A DNA stretch of 63,771 nt, filler included. It is 6 parts of 6 records of this genome, joined end to end, with 100 filler letters (N's around TTAATTAATTAA, not from the genome) between each part and the next. Parts side by side here need not be neighbours in the genome. Positions count along the whole stretch, not along the records: positions 1 to 18,729 come from DRR378314_643; 5 more parts are not named here. One strand, given 5' to 3'. The notes beneath the pieces were generated by a model. The model did no database searches. It worked only from the letters and a program-made list of their open reading frames with translations, and had not been told where the DNA came from. Shown here piece after piece: positions 1-8,539 of this stretch. The position numbers and the translations under genes were made by a program. Within the stretch, counting starts at the first letter, position 1. The number at the start of each line of letters is the position of its first letter.

Positions 1-30
1 GTGCGGGTTCGAGTCCCGCCGCCCGTACCA
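1..30 (+). tRNA. 3' end of a tRNA (T-arm, acceptor strand, CCA), probably tRNA-Leu; truncated by the window start
   Basis: GCGGG-TTCGAGT-CCCGC T-stem/loop, then CGCCCGT-A-CCA. Discriminator A is consistent with Leu. The anticodon is not visible. Confidence 0.8.
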
Positions 31-216
31 CTTTGAAAATGCTTGAGAGTTTCACATCAACGCCTTGGGTTCTGCTTCGGCATTGTTTGTACCTACTCAG
101 GTAGGCCGCCTCACTTAACATGGAGGCCCATCAGCTGTTTGTGACTGACCTGCTCCCGACGGTACAGTTCAGGACTGGAGAGGCGTTCAATTCTGGGTTC
201 GCAACCGCAGCTTTGA

Positions 217-1137
217 CTACGCTACGGAGAAACTGGCTTGTGTCGTGGAAATGAAACGCCTGACTGTGTCCAGCCCGGCTTGTTCCTGCGCGTCTAGGAC
301 GCCCTGCACCTGGCTACGGGTTTGGCGGGCATGATCCAAATCGTCGAGCCCATATGCAACGCCAACCCGACCAAGCGGATGTGACGCGACCCATTCGCTC
401 CGATCTCTAAAGAACCCGGGGACAATGACGCTCGTGCAGCCGCAGATGGCAGCATATTGAGAGTAGAGAGTGGCCTCATCGTAGCTGTAGAAGATCTGGC
501 ACGTATTGAAGACCTCGGCAGCCTCTTCATGCGACAGGCCGTCGATGCAGATGGCTGCGGGATCCTCGGTTTCCGGGATCCGCTCTTTCTCATGCCCCTT
601 GCGGACCATATAGCAAACGCCCTTTCGCTCTGGTCTGTTCTCATTGCGATAGACCGGATTGCGGCGCCATAGAAACAGGTCTTCGGCGCCGCCCGTCATC
701 TCAGGCAGATCGGACATCTCCCCGGCGCGAAAGAACACTTCATTCTCGGTGAACTGGAACGGGTCCTTCAGTCCGGGTTTGTAGAGCAGCCAGCGGGCGA
801 TCTTGCGGGCCTGCAGCGGATTGCCGAGTGTGACCTCCGGATAGACCACAATCGTGTCGGATCGGAGATCCTTGTGGGTGGCTATTCGGGTTTGCATGCT
901 CGGGTCGCGCAGCAGTTTTCCGACGGGCTTTTGCCAGAGCAGGCCTGGGTTTCGGATGATGCGTCGCAGATGTTTTCTGGTGTCGCTCCGGCTCGGCACA
1001 TTCCAGGGCCACAGCGAAGCGTCTTCGCCCAGCTGACCCAATGCATGAGCCAGCTGGTGCAGGAATATCGCGCCGCCGCTATCTGGATCGAAATCGGGGG
1101 CATATATCACGTAGTTGGGGCGTCTGGATTTGGTCAA
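217..1137 (-). CDS. WavQ-like / glycosyltransferase-like surface polysaccharide protein
   Basis: N-terminal YVIYAPDFDPDSGGAIFLHQLAHAL, VVYPE and C-terminal FYSYD..YAAICGC resemble GT-B-like LPS-cluster proteins. In-frame TTG at 1137 overlaps the upstream TGA (TTGA coupling). Confidence 0.55.
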   Translation of the reverse strand: MTKSRRPNYVIYAPDFDPDSGGAIFLHQLAHALGQLGEDASLWPWNVPSRSDTRKHLRRIIRNPGLLWQKPVGKLLRDPSMQTRIATHKDLRSDTIVVYPEVTLGNPLQARKIARWLLYKPGLKDPFQFTENEVFFRAGEMSDLPEMTGGAEDLFLWRRNPVYRNENRPERKGVCYMVRKGHEKERIPETEDPAAICIDGLSHEEAAEVFNTCQIFYSYDEATLYSQYAAICGCTSVIVPGFFRDRSEWVASHPLGRVGVAYGLDDLDHARQTRSQVQGVLDAQEQAGLDTVRRFISTTQASFSVA

Positions 1138-1697
1138 TGCGATTCCGCCTGCAGAAGCTCGTCTTCGAGGGCCAGCAGGTCGGAAGACCGGGTCTTGATA
1201 TGTTTGGCCGGAACGCCTGCAATGATCGACCACGGCGCACTCGATGCCAATACGACCGAACCTGCACCAACGGCTGTCCCGGCCGCCAGTGAAACACCGG
1301 GGGCGACAACCGCATTTGCGCCGACGATCACATGGCGACCGAGAGAGACACGCGCCTTGGTTTCCGATTTGAATGCGGCTGGCACGGTTGGGTTTGTCAT
1401 GGTGGCGCCGGAGTAATCGTCAGATTGCGCAAAGATCTTAACGCCATAGGCCAGGCCGGAAAAATCGGAGAATTCAATCCCCGGGGTTCCGCCTGCAACC
1501 AGACACAATGGCGCGATATGGACGTTACGGCCCGTGGTCACACAGCCAGACACGACACAGAAATCGTCGATCCTGGTATGATCCCCGAGGGTCATTTGCT
1601 CGGCGTTGTAGATGGAGGCCTTGTCACTGATCTTCACATCGTGGCCAAGGCTGGCAAAGCCCATGGTGTCGAGTTGTGCCTGAGTGAGATAGGCCAT
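1134..1697 (-). CDS. Left-handed beta-helix (hexapeptide-repeat) sugar acetyltransferase, VioB-like
   Basis: MAYLTQAQLDTMGFASLG start, hexapeptide repeats (LGRHVIVGANAVVAPGVSLAAGTAVGAGSVV), C-terminal AGVPAK motif. Confidence 0.8.
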   Translation of the reverse strand: MAYLTQAQLDTMGFASLGHDVKISDKASIYNAEQMTLGDHTRIDDFCVVSGCVTTGRNVHIAPLCLVAGGTPGIEFSDFSGLAYGVKIFAQSDDYSGATMTNPTVPAAFKSETKARVSLGRHVIVGANAVVAPGVSLAAGTAVGAGSVVLASSAPWSIIAGVPAKHIKTRSSDLLALEDELLQAESH

Positions 1698-1698
1698 G

Positions 1699-2856
1699 TC
1701 AGTGCCCGCCGCGATTGAAGAACGCGGTGGTCGCATCAATCACGCCCTCGATATCAGCGCCGAGAGAGAAAAACATGGGCAGCCGCAGGAGACGATCCGA
1801 TGTGTCCTGGGTCACAGGCAGTTGCTCGTCGGCGCGACCAAATTTCTGACCGGCGGGGGAGGAATGTAAAGGCACGTAGTGGAAGGGGGCGCCAATGCCA
1901 CGCTCTTTTAAAAATGCGATCAGATCGTCGCGCGTGTCCTGATCCGGCAAAAGCAGATAGAACATATGGCCGTTGCCTGTGGTCTGCTCCGGGATGATCG
2001 GCCGTCTGAGCCGCCCTTCGGCTTCGAGATCGGCAAACGCCGCCATGTAGCGATCAAATTGACCGCAGCGGCGGCTGCGGATCTCGGCCTCCATTTCCAG
2101 CTGACCATGCAAGAAGGCGGCAATCAATTCTCCGGACAGGAAGGACGATCCCAGATCAACCCAGGTGTATCTATCAACCTGACCACGGAAAAACCGGGAC
2201 CGGTTTGTTCCCTTCTCGCGAATAATCTCCGCACGTTCGACCAGATCGGGCCGTGTCAGGGTTAGCGCACCGCCCTCACCGCTGATGACGTTCTTGGTCT
2301 CATGAAAACTGAAGGCGGCCATATCCGCAAGCGATCCTGCGGGCCGTCCCTTATAGGTGGAGCCATAGGCCTGAGCGGCATCCTCGATCAGCACCAGCTC
2401 ATGCGTCCTCGCGATCTCTGCCAGCGCATCCATATCGGCAGGGAAACCAGCGTAGTGGACCGCGATGATCGCACGGGTGCGGGATGTAACCGCCGCTTTA
2501 ACCCGTTTGGGATCAATGTTCAGGGTGTTCGGGTCAATGTCGACAAATACTGGAACCGCACCGCGCAAAACGACAGCATTGGCCGTCGAGACAAAGGTGA
2601 ACGACGGCATGATGACCTCGTCACCGGCCTCAAGGTCACACAGGATCGCCGCCATTTCCAGGGCGGCAGTACAGGAATGCGTCAGCAAGGCCGCAGCGGC
2701 ACCTGTGGCGGTTCGGATCTGTTCGTTGCACAGATGGGTGAAGTGACCATCCCCGGAGAGCTGACCCCGCTCGATGGCATCGGTGACCCAGCGCAGTTCC
2801 TGTCCGACGAATGAGGGGCGGTTGAATGGGACTTTGTTCGAAGTCACGGCCAGCAC
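1699..2856 (-). CDS. rffA: dTDP-4-amino-4,6-dideoxyhexose transaminase (DegT/DnrJ family, WecE/RffA-like)
   Basis: VPFNRP, LLTHSCTAALEMAA, MPSFTFVSTANA, IEDAAQ, SFHETKN (PLP lysine), EKGTNRSRFFRGQVDRYTW, FHYVPLHSSPAG. Confidence 0.88.
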   Translation of the reverse strand: MLAVTSNKVPFNRPSFVGQELRWVTDAIERGQLSGDGHFTHLCNEQIRTATGAAAALLTHSCTAALEMAAILCDLEAGDEVIMPSFTFVSTANAVVLRGAVPVFVDIDPNTLNIDPKRVKAAVTSRTRAIIAVHYAGFPADMDALAEIARTHELVLIEDAAQAYGSTYKGRPAGSLADMAAFSFHETKNVISGEGGALTLTRPDLVERAEIIREKGTNRSRFFRGQVDRYTWVDLGSSFLSGELIAAFLHGQLEMEAEIRSRRCGQFDRYMAAFADLEAEGRLRRPIIPEQTTGNGHMFYLLLPDQDTRDDLIAFLKERGIGAPFHYVPLHSSPAGQKFGRADEQLPVTQDTSDRLLRLPMFFSLGADIEGVIDATTAFFNRGGH

Positions 2857-3066
2857 AGCCTTTCCAGTTAGAAGCTCCGGCGCTCACTATAGTCATCACG
2901 CCACTGGATCTAAAGCTGAAATGACGGCGTTCGTCGCAATGCCTGGGACGTGAGAGCTGCCTGAAACTGCCATCATCGTCCGCGCCGCCGCTCCTGCGGA
3001 CTTGGCGTTATTTCTGTCGGCTTTGAGACGTTCTGGCATTCGATCTGCAGCTTGTGTAAGAGGTAC

Positions 3067-3103
3067 AGACGCGATCGACATCGCGTCTCTCCCATGCTAG
3101 AAT
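3067..3103 (+). promoter_or_regulatory. Sigma70-like promoter of the methyltransferase operon, overlapped by an inverted repeat and a CGATCG site
   Basis: -35 TCGACA (3075-3080), 17-nt spacer, extended -10 TGcTAGAAT (3095-3103). Inverted repeat AGACGCGAT-cgac-ATCGCGTCT (3067-3088). CGATCG at 3072-3077. Confidence 0.6.
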
Positions 3104-3116
3104 ATGAGAATCAAAC

Positions 3117-4475
3117 GTGAACGAAGGGCGCCGAAAGTTGAGACCGATCGCAGTCGAATTGTTTGCCGGCGCAGGTGGCCTTAGCCTCGGGTTCGAGCAG
3201 GCGGGGTTTGACGTCCGGGCCGCGGTGGAAATCGACCCGGTCCATTGCGCCGTTCACAAGTTCAACTTCCCCCATACGGCGGTTCTGGCGCGCTCTGTCG
3301 AAGGGCTGAGCGGCGAGCAGATCCGCGCGGCGGCCGGCCTGGGCGATGCGGAAATCGACTGTGTCTCCGGCGGCGCGCCCTGTCAGGGGTTCTCGATGAT
3401 CGGCAAGCGGGTGCTGGACGATCCGCGCAACCGGCTGGCGATGGATTTCCTACGCATTGTCAAGGAATTGGACGCCAAGTCCTTTGTGTTCGAGAACGTC
3501 AAGGGGCTGACGGTGGGCAAGCACAAGCAGTTCCTTGAGGAGCTGGTAGCGGCCTTTGATGCGGCTGGATATGTCTGCCGCACGCCGTGGAAGGTGCTGA
3601 ACGCCGCCCATTTCGGCACGCCGCAATCGCGTGAGCGGCTGATCCTGATGGGGGTCAAGAAAGGCCTGCCGCTGCCTCAATACCCCGCGCCGCAGACCAA
3701 TATCAGCGGCAAGCCCAAGACCTTCGAAGGGCTGCCCGACGGGCCCAGCTGCCGCGAGGCGCTGGGGGATCTGCCGGATGCGGAACGCTTTGACGCGCTG
3801 CTGGACAGCGATGCCACCCGCGGTGTGCGTTTTGGCAAACCGTCGGACTACGCGGCCGAGCTGCGCGGGCTGACCAATGAAGCCTGGCACCACGGCTATA
3901 CCCGCGACTGGCAGCCCTCGCTTCTAACGTCGAGCGCGCGGACCGGCCACACCGAGATCACCCGCCGTCGCTTTGGCGAAACTGCCGAGGGCGCGGTGGA
4001 GCCGATCAGCCGCTTCTTCAAGCTGGCCCGGGGCGGTGTCTCCAACACGTTGCGGGCGGGGACGGATGGCGCGCGCGGTGCCTTCACCAGTCCGCGCCCG
4101 ATCCACTACAAATACGACCGCTGCGTCACCGTGCGCGAGATGGCGCGGCTGCACGGGTTCCCCGACTGGTTCCGCTTTAACGCCACCAAATGGCATGGTG
4201 CGCGTCAGATCGGCAATTCGGTGCCCCCGCCGCTGGCCCGCGCCGTGGCGGCTCAGATGATGGCAGCACTTGGCTATCAGCCCGAACGCCCGGAGGGTAC
4301 GCTGGCGCTGGGGGATCCCAAGCTGCTGCAGTTCGACCTGACCCGCGCCGCTGCCCATTTCGAGGTGGACGCCATGCCCGCGCGCCGGGACCGCAAGAGC
4401 GGCGCGACCAAGCGGCGGCAGGCGGATATCGAGCTGGAACGCGCAGAGACCGCGCCCAAGACCGCCAATGGCTAA
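3117..4475 (+). CDS. DNA (cytosine-5)-methyltransferase
   Basis: Motif I ELFAGAGG, motif IV GGAPCQGFS, motif VI FVFENVKG, motif VIII PQSRERL, motifs IX-X VREMARLHGFPD..QIGNSVPP. Start may instead be TTG 3138. Confidence 0.95.
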   Translation: MNEGRRKLRPIAVELFAGAGGLSLGFEQAGFDVRAAVEIDPVHCAVHKFNFPHTAVLARSVEGLSGEQIRAAAGLGDAEIDCVSGGAPCQGFSMIGKRVLDDPRNRLAMDFLRIVKELDAKSFVFENVKGLTVGKHKQFLEELVAAFDAAGYVCRTPWKVLNAAHFGTPQSRERLILMGVKKGLPLPQYPAPQTNISGKPKTFEGLPDGPSCREALGDLPDAERFDALLDSDATRGVRFGKPSDYAAELRGLTNEAWHHGYTRDWQPSLLTSSARTGHTEITRRRFGETAEGAVEPISRFFKLARGGVSNTLRAGTDGARGAFTSPRPIHYKYDRCVTVREMARLHGFPDWFRFNATKWHGARQIGNSVPPPLARAVAAQMMAALGYQPERPEGTLALGDPKLLQFDLTRAAAHFEVDAMPARRDRKSGATKRRQADIELERAETAPKTANG

Positions 4476-5262
4476 GCAGCAGAACCGCTACAGCGCCCTG
4501 ATTGAGAAGATCTTTGTTGAACGCTACAGCGAGGGCGCGACCGAGTTTGGCTTCACCCGCGAGGAGCTGGAGCAGGCCGCACAGGAGCTGGCGATCAAAC
4601 TGCCCAAGAACCTCGGTGATGTGCTCTATTCCTTTCGCTTTCGCAACGTGCTGCCCGAGGCCATCGTGGCGACCCAGCCCGAGGGGCGCGAATGGGTGAT
4701 CGAACTGGCCGGGCGGGCGGTCTATAAATTCAGCCTGGTGAAGATCAACCGCATCCTGCCGCAGCAGGATCTGGAGGTCATCGATATCCCCGACGCAACA
4801 CCCGCGATCATCCGCGCCTATGCGCTGGATGACGAGCAGGCGCTGCTGGCGGTGGTGCGCTACAACCGGCTGATCGACACGTTTCTGGGCCTCACCACCT
4901 ACAGTCTGCAAAACCACCTGCGCACCACGGTGAAGGGCATGGGCCAGATCGAGATCGACGAGCTGTATATAGGCCTCGACCGATACGGCTGCCATACCAT
5001 CATTCCGGTGCAGGCCAAGGGCGGCAAGGATCAGATCGGCATCGTGCAGGTCAGTCAGGACATCCGCTATGCCGACGCCAAGTTTCCCGGCATGCGCTGC
5101 CGTGCGATCGCCGCGCAGTTCATGGACGACAGCATCGTGGCGCTGTTCGAACTGGCGGTGCAGGGCGACGAGATCCAGGTGCTGCAGGAGCGTCACTATC
5201 GCCTCGTGGCCGCCAATGCGCTGAGCTACACACGGCGGATCGCCTATCGGGACGAGGTCTGA
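4468..5262 (+). CDS. Putative restriction endonuclease, PD-(D/E)XK-like (QxK variant)
   Basis: EQ(x)n-EIDELY-(x)n-PVQAK catalytic-like pattern. Start overlaps the MTase stop, and the gene sits between two MTases. Confidence 0.7.
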   Translation: MAKQQNRYSALIEKIFVERYSEGATEFGFTREELEQAAQELAIKLPKNLGDVLYSFRFRNVLPEAIVATQPEGREWVIELAGRAVYKFSLVKINRILPQQDLEVIDIPDATPAIIRAYALDDEQALLAVVRYNRLIDTFLGLTTYSLQNHLRTTVKGMGQIEIDELYIGLDRYGCHTIIPVQAKGGKDQIGIVQVSQDIRYADAKFPGMRCRAIAAQFMDDSIVALFELAVQGDEIQVLQERHYRLVAANALSYTRRIAYRDEV

Positions 5263-5266
5263 GGGG

Positions 5267-6142
5267 ATGGACGCGCTGTTGCCCGTGGCGGGCGAGGCAC
5301 CGGCTCCTCCGTTCAAGACGCAGTTGCTGAAATGGGTCGGCAACAAGCAACGCTTTGCCCATGAGATCGTCGCCCATCTGCCCAAGGATTATGGCACCTA
5401 TTTCGAACCCTTTCTGGGCGCGGGCGGTGTGATGGCCAATTTGCGGCCCATCCGCGCAGTGGGCTCCGACATCTACCCGCCGCTGGTTGAGATCTGGCAG
5501 GCGCTGCAGGATGACCCCGCTCTGCTGAACCAGTGGTACCAGGCGCGCTATGAGGCCTTCATGGCGGGCGACCGTGTGGCGGTCTACGAGGCGATCAAGG
5601 CGCGCTACAACGCGACGCCCAATGGGGCGGATTTCCTGTTCCTGTGCCGGGCCTGCTATGGCGGCGTGGTGCGGTTTCGCCGCAAGGATGGTTATATGTC
5701 GACGCCCTGCGGCAGCCACCCGGTGATGAAGCCGCATAAATTTGCCGAGCGGGTCGACATGTGGCGATCCCGGATGGCGGGCGCGCGGTTTGCCTGTCTG
5801 GATTATCGCGCCGCCATGGCACAGGCGCGGGCAGGAGATGTGGTCTATTGCGACCCGCCCTATGCGCATTCGCAGACCATTCTGTATGGCGCGCAGGCGT
5901 TCCGGCTGGAGGAGCTGTTCGCCAGCATCGCCGCCTGCAAGGCGCGCGGGGTGCGGGTGGCCATGTCGATCGACGGCACCAAGAAATCCGGTGATGTCTA
6001 TTGTGACATCGAGATCCCGCACGGGCTGTTTCAGCGCGAGATCCTCGTCAATATGGGGCAATCCATGCTGAAGCGGTTCCAGATGGGTGGCCAGCGGATG
6101 CAGACAGAGGCGGTTCGGGATCGGTTATTGTTGACCTACTAA
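5267..6142 (+). CDS. DNA adenine-N6 methyltransferase, Dam/D12-class (alpha group)
   Basis: LLKWVGNK, motif I YFEPFLGAGGV, motif IV VYCDPPY, in alpha-group order. Starts 4 nt after the nuclease stop. Confidence 0.9.
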   Translation: MDALLPVAGEAPAPPFKTQLLKWVGNKQRFAHEIVAHLPKDYGTYFEPFLGAGGVMANLRPIRAVGSDIYPPLVEIWQALQDDPALLNQWYQARYEAFMAGDRVAVYEAIKARYNATPNGADFLFLCRACYGGVVRFRRKDGYMSTPCGSHPVMKPHKFAERVDMWRSRMAGARFACLDYRAAMAQARAGDVVYCDPPYAHSQTILYGAQAFRLEELFASIAACKARGVRVAMSIDGTKKSGDVYCDIEIPHGLFQREILVNMGQSMLKRFQMGGQRMQTEAVRDRLLLTY

Positions 6143-6232
6143 GGCCTCACGCGAAGGGCGAGGCCAGTCCGATCTGGCGAACAGACACCACAGCAGGCGA
6201 AGGGGTCCGTCTGCTTGCTATCTGACCTTGAC

Positions 6233-6991
6233 CTAGGCATTCAGAAATGCCCGCACAGTGGCCTCGAATTCGCGCGGTTTTTCCGCGTGCAGCCAGTGGC
6301 CCGCATCTGGGATCTTCGCAAAGCGCGCCTTTGGGAACAGCGCCTTGATCTGCGGGCGATGCTGGGCCTGCACATAATCGGAGTTGGCGCCGGTCAGGAA
6401 CAGCGTTGCACCCTCCCAAGGTCCGTCCAACGGCGGGAAGGCGAGGATATGCGGCATCTCGCGCTCCAGCGTGTCGAGGTTCAACCGCCAGCGCTTGTTC
6501 TCCACATCCAGCGATTGGGTGAAAAAGCTCTGCAACATCGCATCGACGCCGGCCTCCGCCAGCTGTTCCTGTGCGTCGGATCGACGAGTCACCCGCGCCA
6601 GGTCGACGCTGCGCATGGCGGTGATGAAATGCGCCTGGGTATGCTCATAGCTCACCGGGGCAATATCGGCGATCAGCAGCCGGTTCACCGCCTCCGGATG
6701 GGTAAGCGCCAAAACCATCGCCGCCTTGCCGCCCATTGAGTGCCCCACCACATCCATGCGCCCGCCATGGGCGGTGATCACCTCGGCCAGATCCTCGGCC
6801 AGATCGGCATAGCTGTGCGTCTGGGTCTGCGGACTGTTGCCGTGGTTGCGCATATCCACCGCAATCACCTGCCGCTCTTCAGACAGGCGCTTTGCAATCA
6901 CGCCCCAGTTGCGCCCGGAGCCGTAGAGGCCATGGGCAATCAGCAGGGGTGGTTGGTCGGTCGGGTGGCCATGTATGATCGTATTCAGCAT
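6233..6991 (-). CDS. Alpha/beta hydrolase, esterase YbfF-like
   Basis: HGLYGSGRNW, DMRNHG, GHSMGGK nucleophile elbow, AGHWLHAEKP. Confidence 0.88.
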   Translation of the reverse strand: MLNTIIHGHPTDQPPLLIAHGLYGSGRNWGVIAKRLSEERQVIAVDMRNHGNSPQTQTHSYADLAEDLAEVITAHGGRMDVVGHSMGGKAAMVLALTHPEAVNRLLIADIAPVSYEHTQAHFITAMRSVDLARVTRRSDAQEQLAEAGVDAMLQSFFTQSLDVENKRWRLNLDTLEREMPHILAFPPLDGPWEGATLFLTGANSDYVQAQHRPQIKALFPKARFAKIPDAGHWLHAEKPREFEATVRAFLNA

Positions 6992-7118
6992 AGGGCGGTG
7001 ATAGCCGCAACCCGTCCGACTGTCAGCCCCCAACCTTGCCGCACGGCGGCATTGAGATCCGCATCCGCGGTGGGTATGGTCCAGCTTGTTACACGCGCAG
7101 CCCGAGGATCCCCGCGCC

Positions 7119-7484
7119 ATGAGCGAGACGTTACAGAGTGAGCTGGACCAGATCCAAACGCTGTTGGAAAAACGACTGAAACTCTCCGGCGAGCTGGCTG
7201 ACAGCCTGCGCCGCGCCCGGCGTCACCTGCCGCACCGGATGCGCCGGGCGGCGGATGATCTGGTGGCAGCGGAGGCAAGCTTTGCCCATCCGCGCATCGC
7301 TGCAACGCTGGATCAGGACGGTCTGCTCCGAAAAGCGCGGCGGCTTCGGGCCTATCTGGCAGAGCTGGACCTCAAGGACCGGCGCAAGGGGCGGCTGCTG
7401 GATATCGCGGCCACTGTTGGTTTTGCGCTGATCTGTGTCATTGCACTTCTGGTGGTGGTGTTGCGCTGGCGGGGCTTTGTCTGA
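7119..7484 (+). CDS. Hypothetical protein with C-terminal transmembrane helix
   Basis: Helical N-terminus and hydrophobic C-terminus ending LRWRGFV. Codon usage fits the flanking genes. Confidence 0.6.
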   Translation: MSETLQSELDQIQTLLEKRLKLSGELADSLRRARRHLPHRMRRAADDLVAAEASFAHPRIAATLDQDGLLRKARRLRAYLAELDLKDRRKGRLLDIAATVGFALICVIALLVVVLRWRGFV

Positions 7485-8355
7485 CATCGGTTGGCGTGAC
7501 CGGTCGGTAAGGCGTGTGTGAGAGCGCATCGCGCACCACCAATGTCACAGTGACAAAACTCACATAAAGCAGAAGATACCAGCTGCCCATCTTGGCGATA
7601 CTGACCCATTGGTCGCTGTCCTGACCGGCATAAAGCCAGGTGCGGGTGCGGGTGCCGACGTTTTCCGCCACCCAGAGGAAGAAGCTGGACAGGAAGGCCG
7701 CCAGCGGCAGCGGCATCCAATAGGCTTGTCCGCCGATATAGAACCAGATCCGGGTGCGGATGAAGATCACCACCGTGGCGACAAACAGCGCCAGCCGGAT
7801 GTCCGGCAGGAAATGGTGGCTGAAGAAATTCACATAGATCGCAACCGCGAGGCAGGTGGCCAGCCATAGCGGCGGGTAGGGGGCAAAGCGCATGTCGAAC
7901 AGGCGGATCACCCGCGCCATGTAGGACCCAACGGAGGCATACATGAAGCCGGAAAACAGCGGCACGCCCCAAAGCTTCACCAGACCGTCGCCGGGGTAGG
8001 CCCAGCTGCCCGCATCAACCTTGAAGATCTCCATTACCGTGCCGGTGAGATGGAACAGCAGGATCACCCGCACCTCGCGCCAGCTTTCCATGCCGGCGGC
8101 CAGAAAGAGCACCTGCAGCCCCAGCGCATAGAGCAACAGCGCATCATAGCGCGCCAGCGCCCAATCCGGCTGCCAGATGCGATCCGAAATCAGCAGTCCA
8201 CCAAGGAGCAGAATGCCGAATATCGCTGCCCAGCCCTGTTTCAGAGTGAACATCACGAATTCCGCCACCGCAAAGGGCAGGCGGGCGCGCATCCAATCGC
8301 CAAGGGTGCGTTCAAGGCGGCGGGTGCGGTTCGGGTTTTGGTCAGTCTGGATCAT
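7438..8355 (-). CDS. DUF817 family membrane protein
   Basis: Multi-TM. ARYDALL, FHLTGTVMEIFKV..GSWAYP, VPLFSGFMYASVGSY, AENVGT, KMGSWYLL. Confidence 0.8.
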   Translation of the reverse strand: MIQTDQNPNRTRRLERTLGDWMRARLPFAVAEFVMFTLKQGWAAIFGILLLGGLLISDRIWQPDWALARYDALLLYALGLQVLFLAAGMESWREVRVILLFHLTGTVMEIFKVDAGSWAYPGDGLVKLWGVPLFSGFMYASVGSYMARVIRLFDMRFAPYPPLWLATCLAVAIYVNFFSHHFLPDIRLALFVATVVIFIRTRIWFYIGGQAYWMPLPLAAFLSSFFLWVAENVGTRTRTWLYAGQDSDQWVSIAKMGSWYLLLYVSFVTVTLVVRDALSHTPYRPVTPTDVRQSPASATPPPEVQ

Positions 8356-8509
8356 GCGGGGCAAATGACGAGAAAACCGCTCCAAAGTCCATCCTGATTG
8401 TTTGCCCTGACTTTTTCTGCCCTGACAGAGTGTTGCCACCGAGACAGGGTGCAGCCCCAGATGCAATGCCGAGGTTTGCATCTCGTGCCTGAGCGGGTTT
8501 ATAGGTGCA

Positions 8510-8522
8510 TGAACATGGTTCA
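8510..8522. promoter_or_regulatory. Palindromic operator TGAAC-N3-GTTCA upstream of tetR
   Basis: TGAACatgGTTCA. The same motif occurs three times upstream of pspA. Confidence 0.65.
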
Positions 8523-8539
8523 AGAATTGGCGGGCAAGC

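Noticed and set aside
2896-3081. 61-aa minus-strand ORF as a possible R-M controller protein
   Set aside because: No HTH or C-protein pattern, and it overlaps the predicted promoter.
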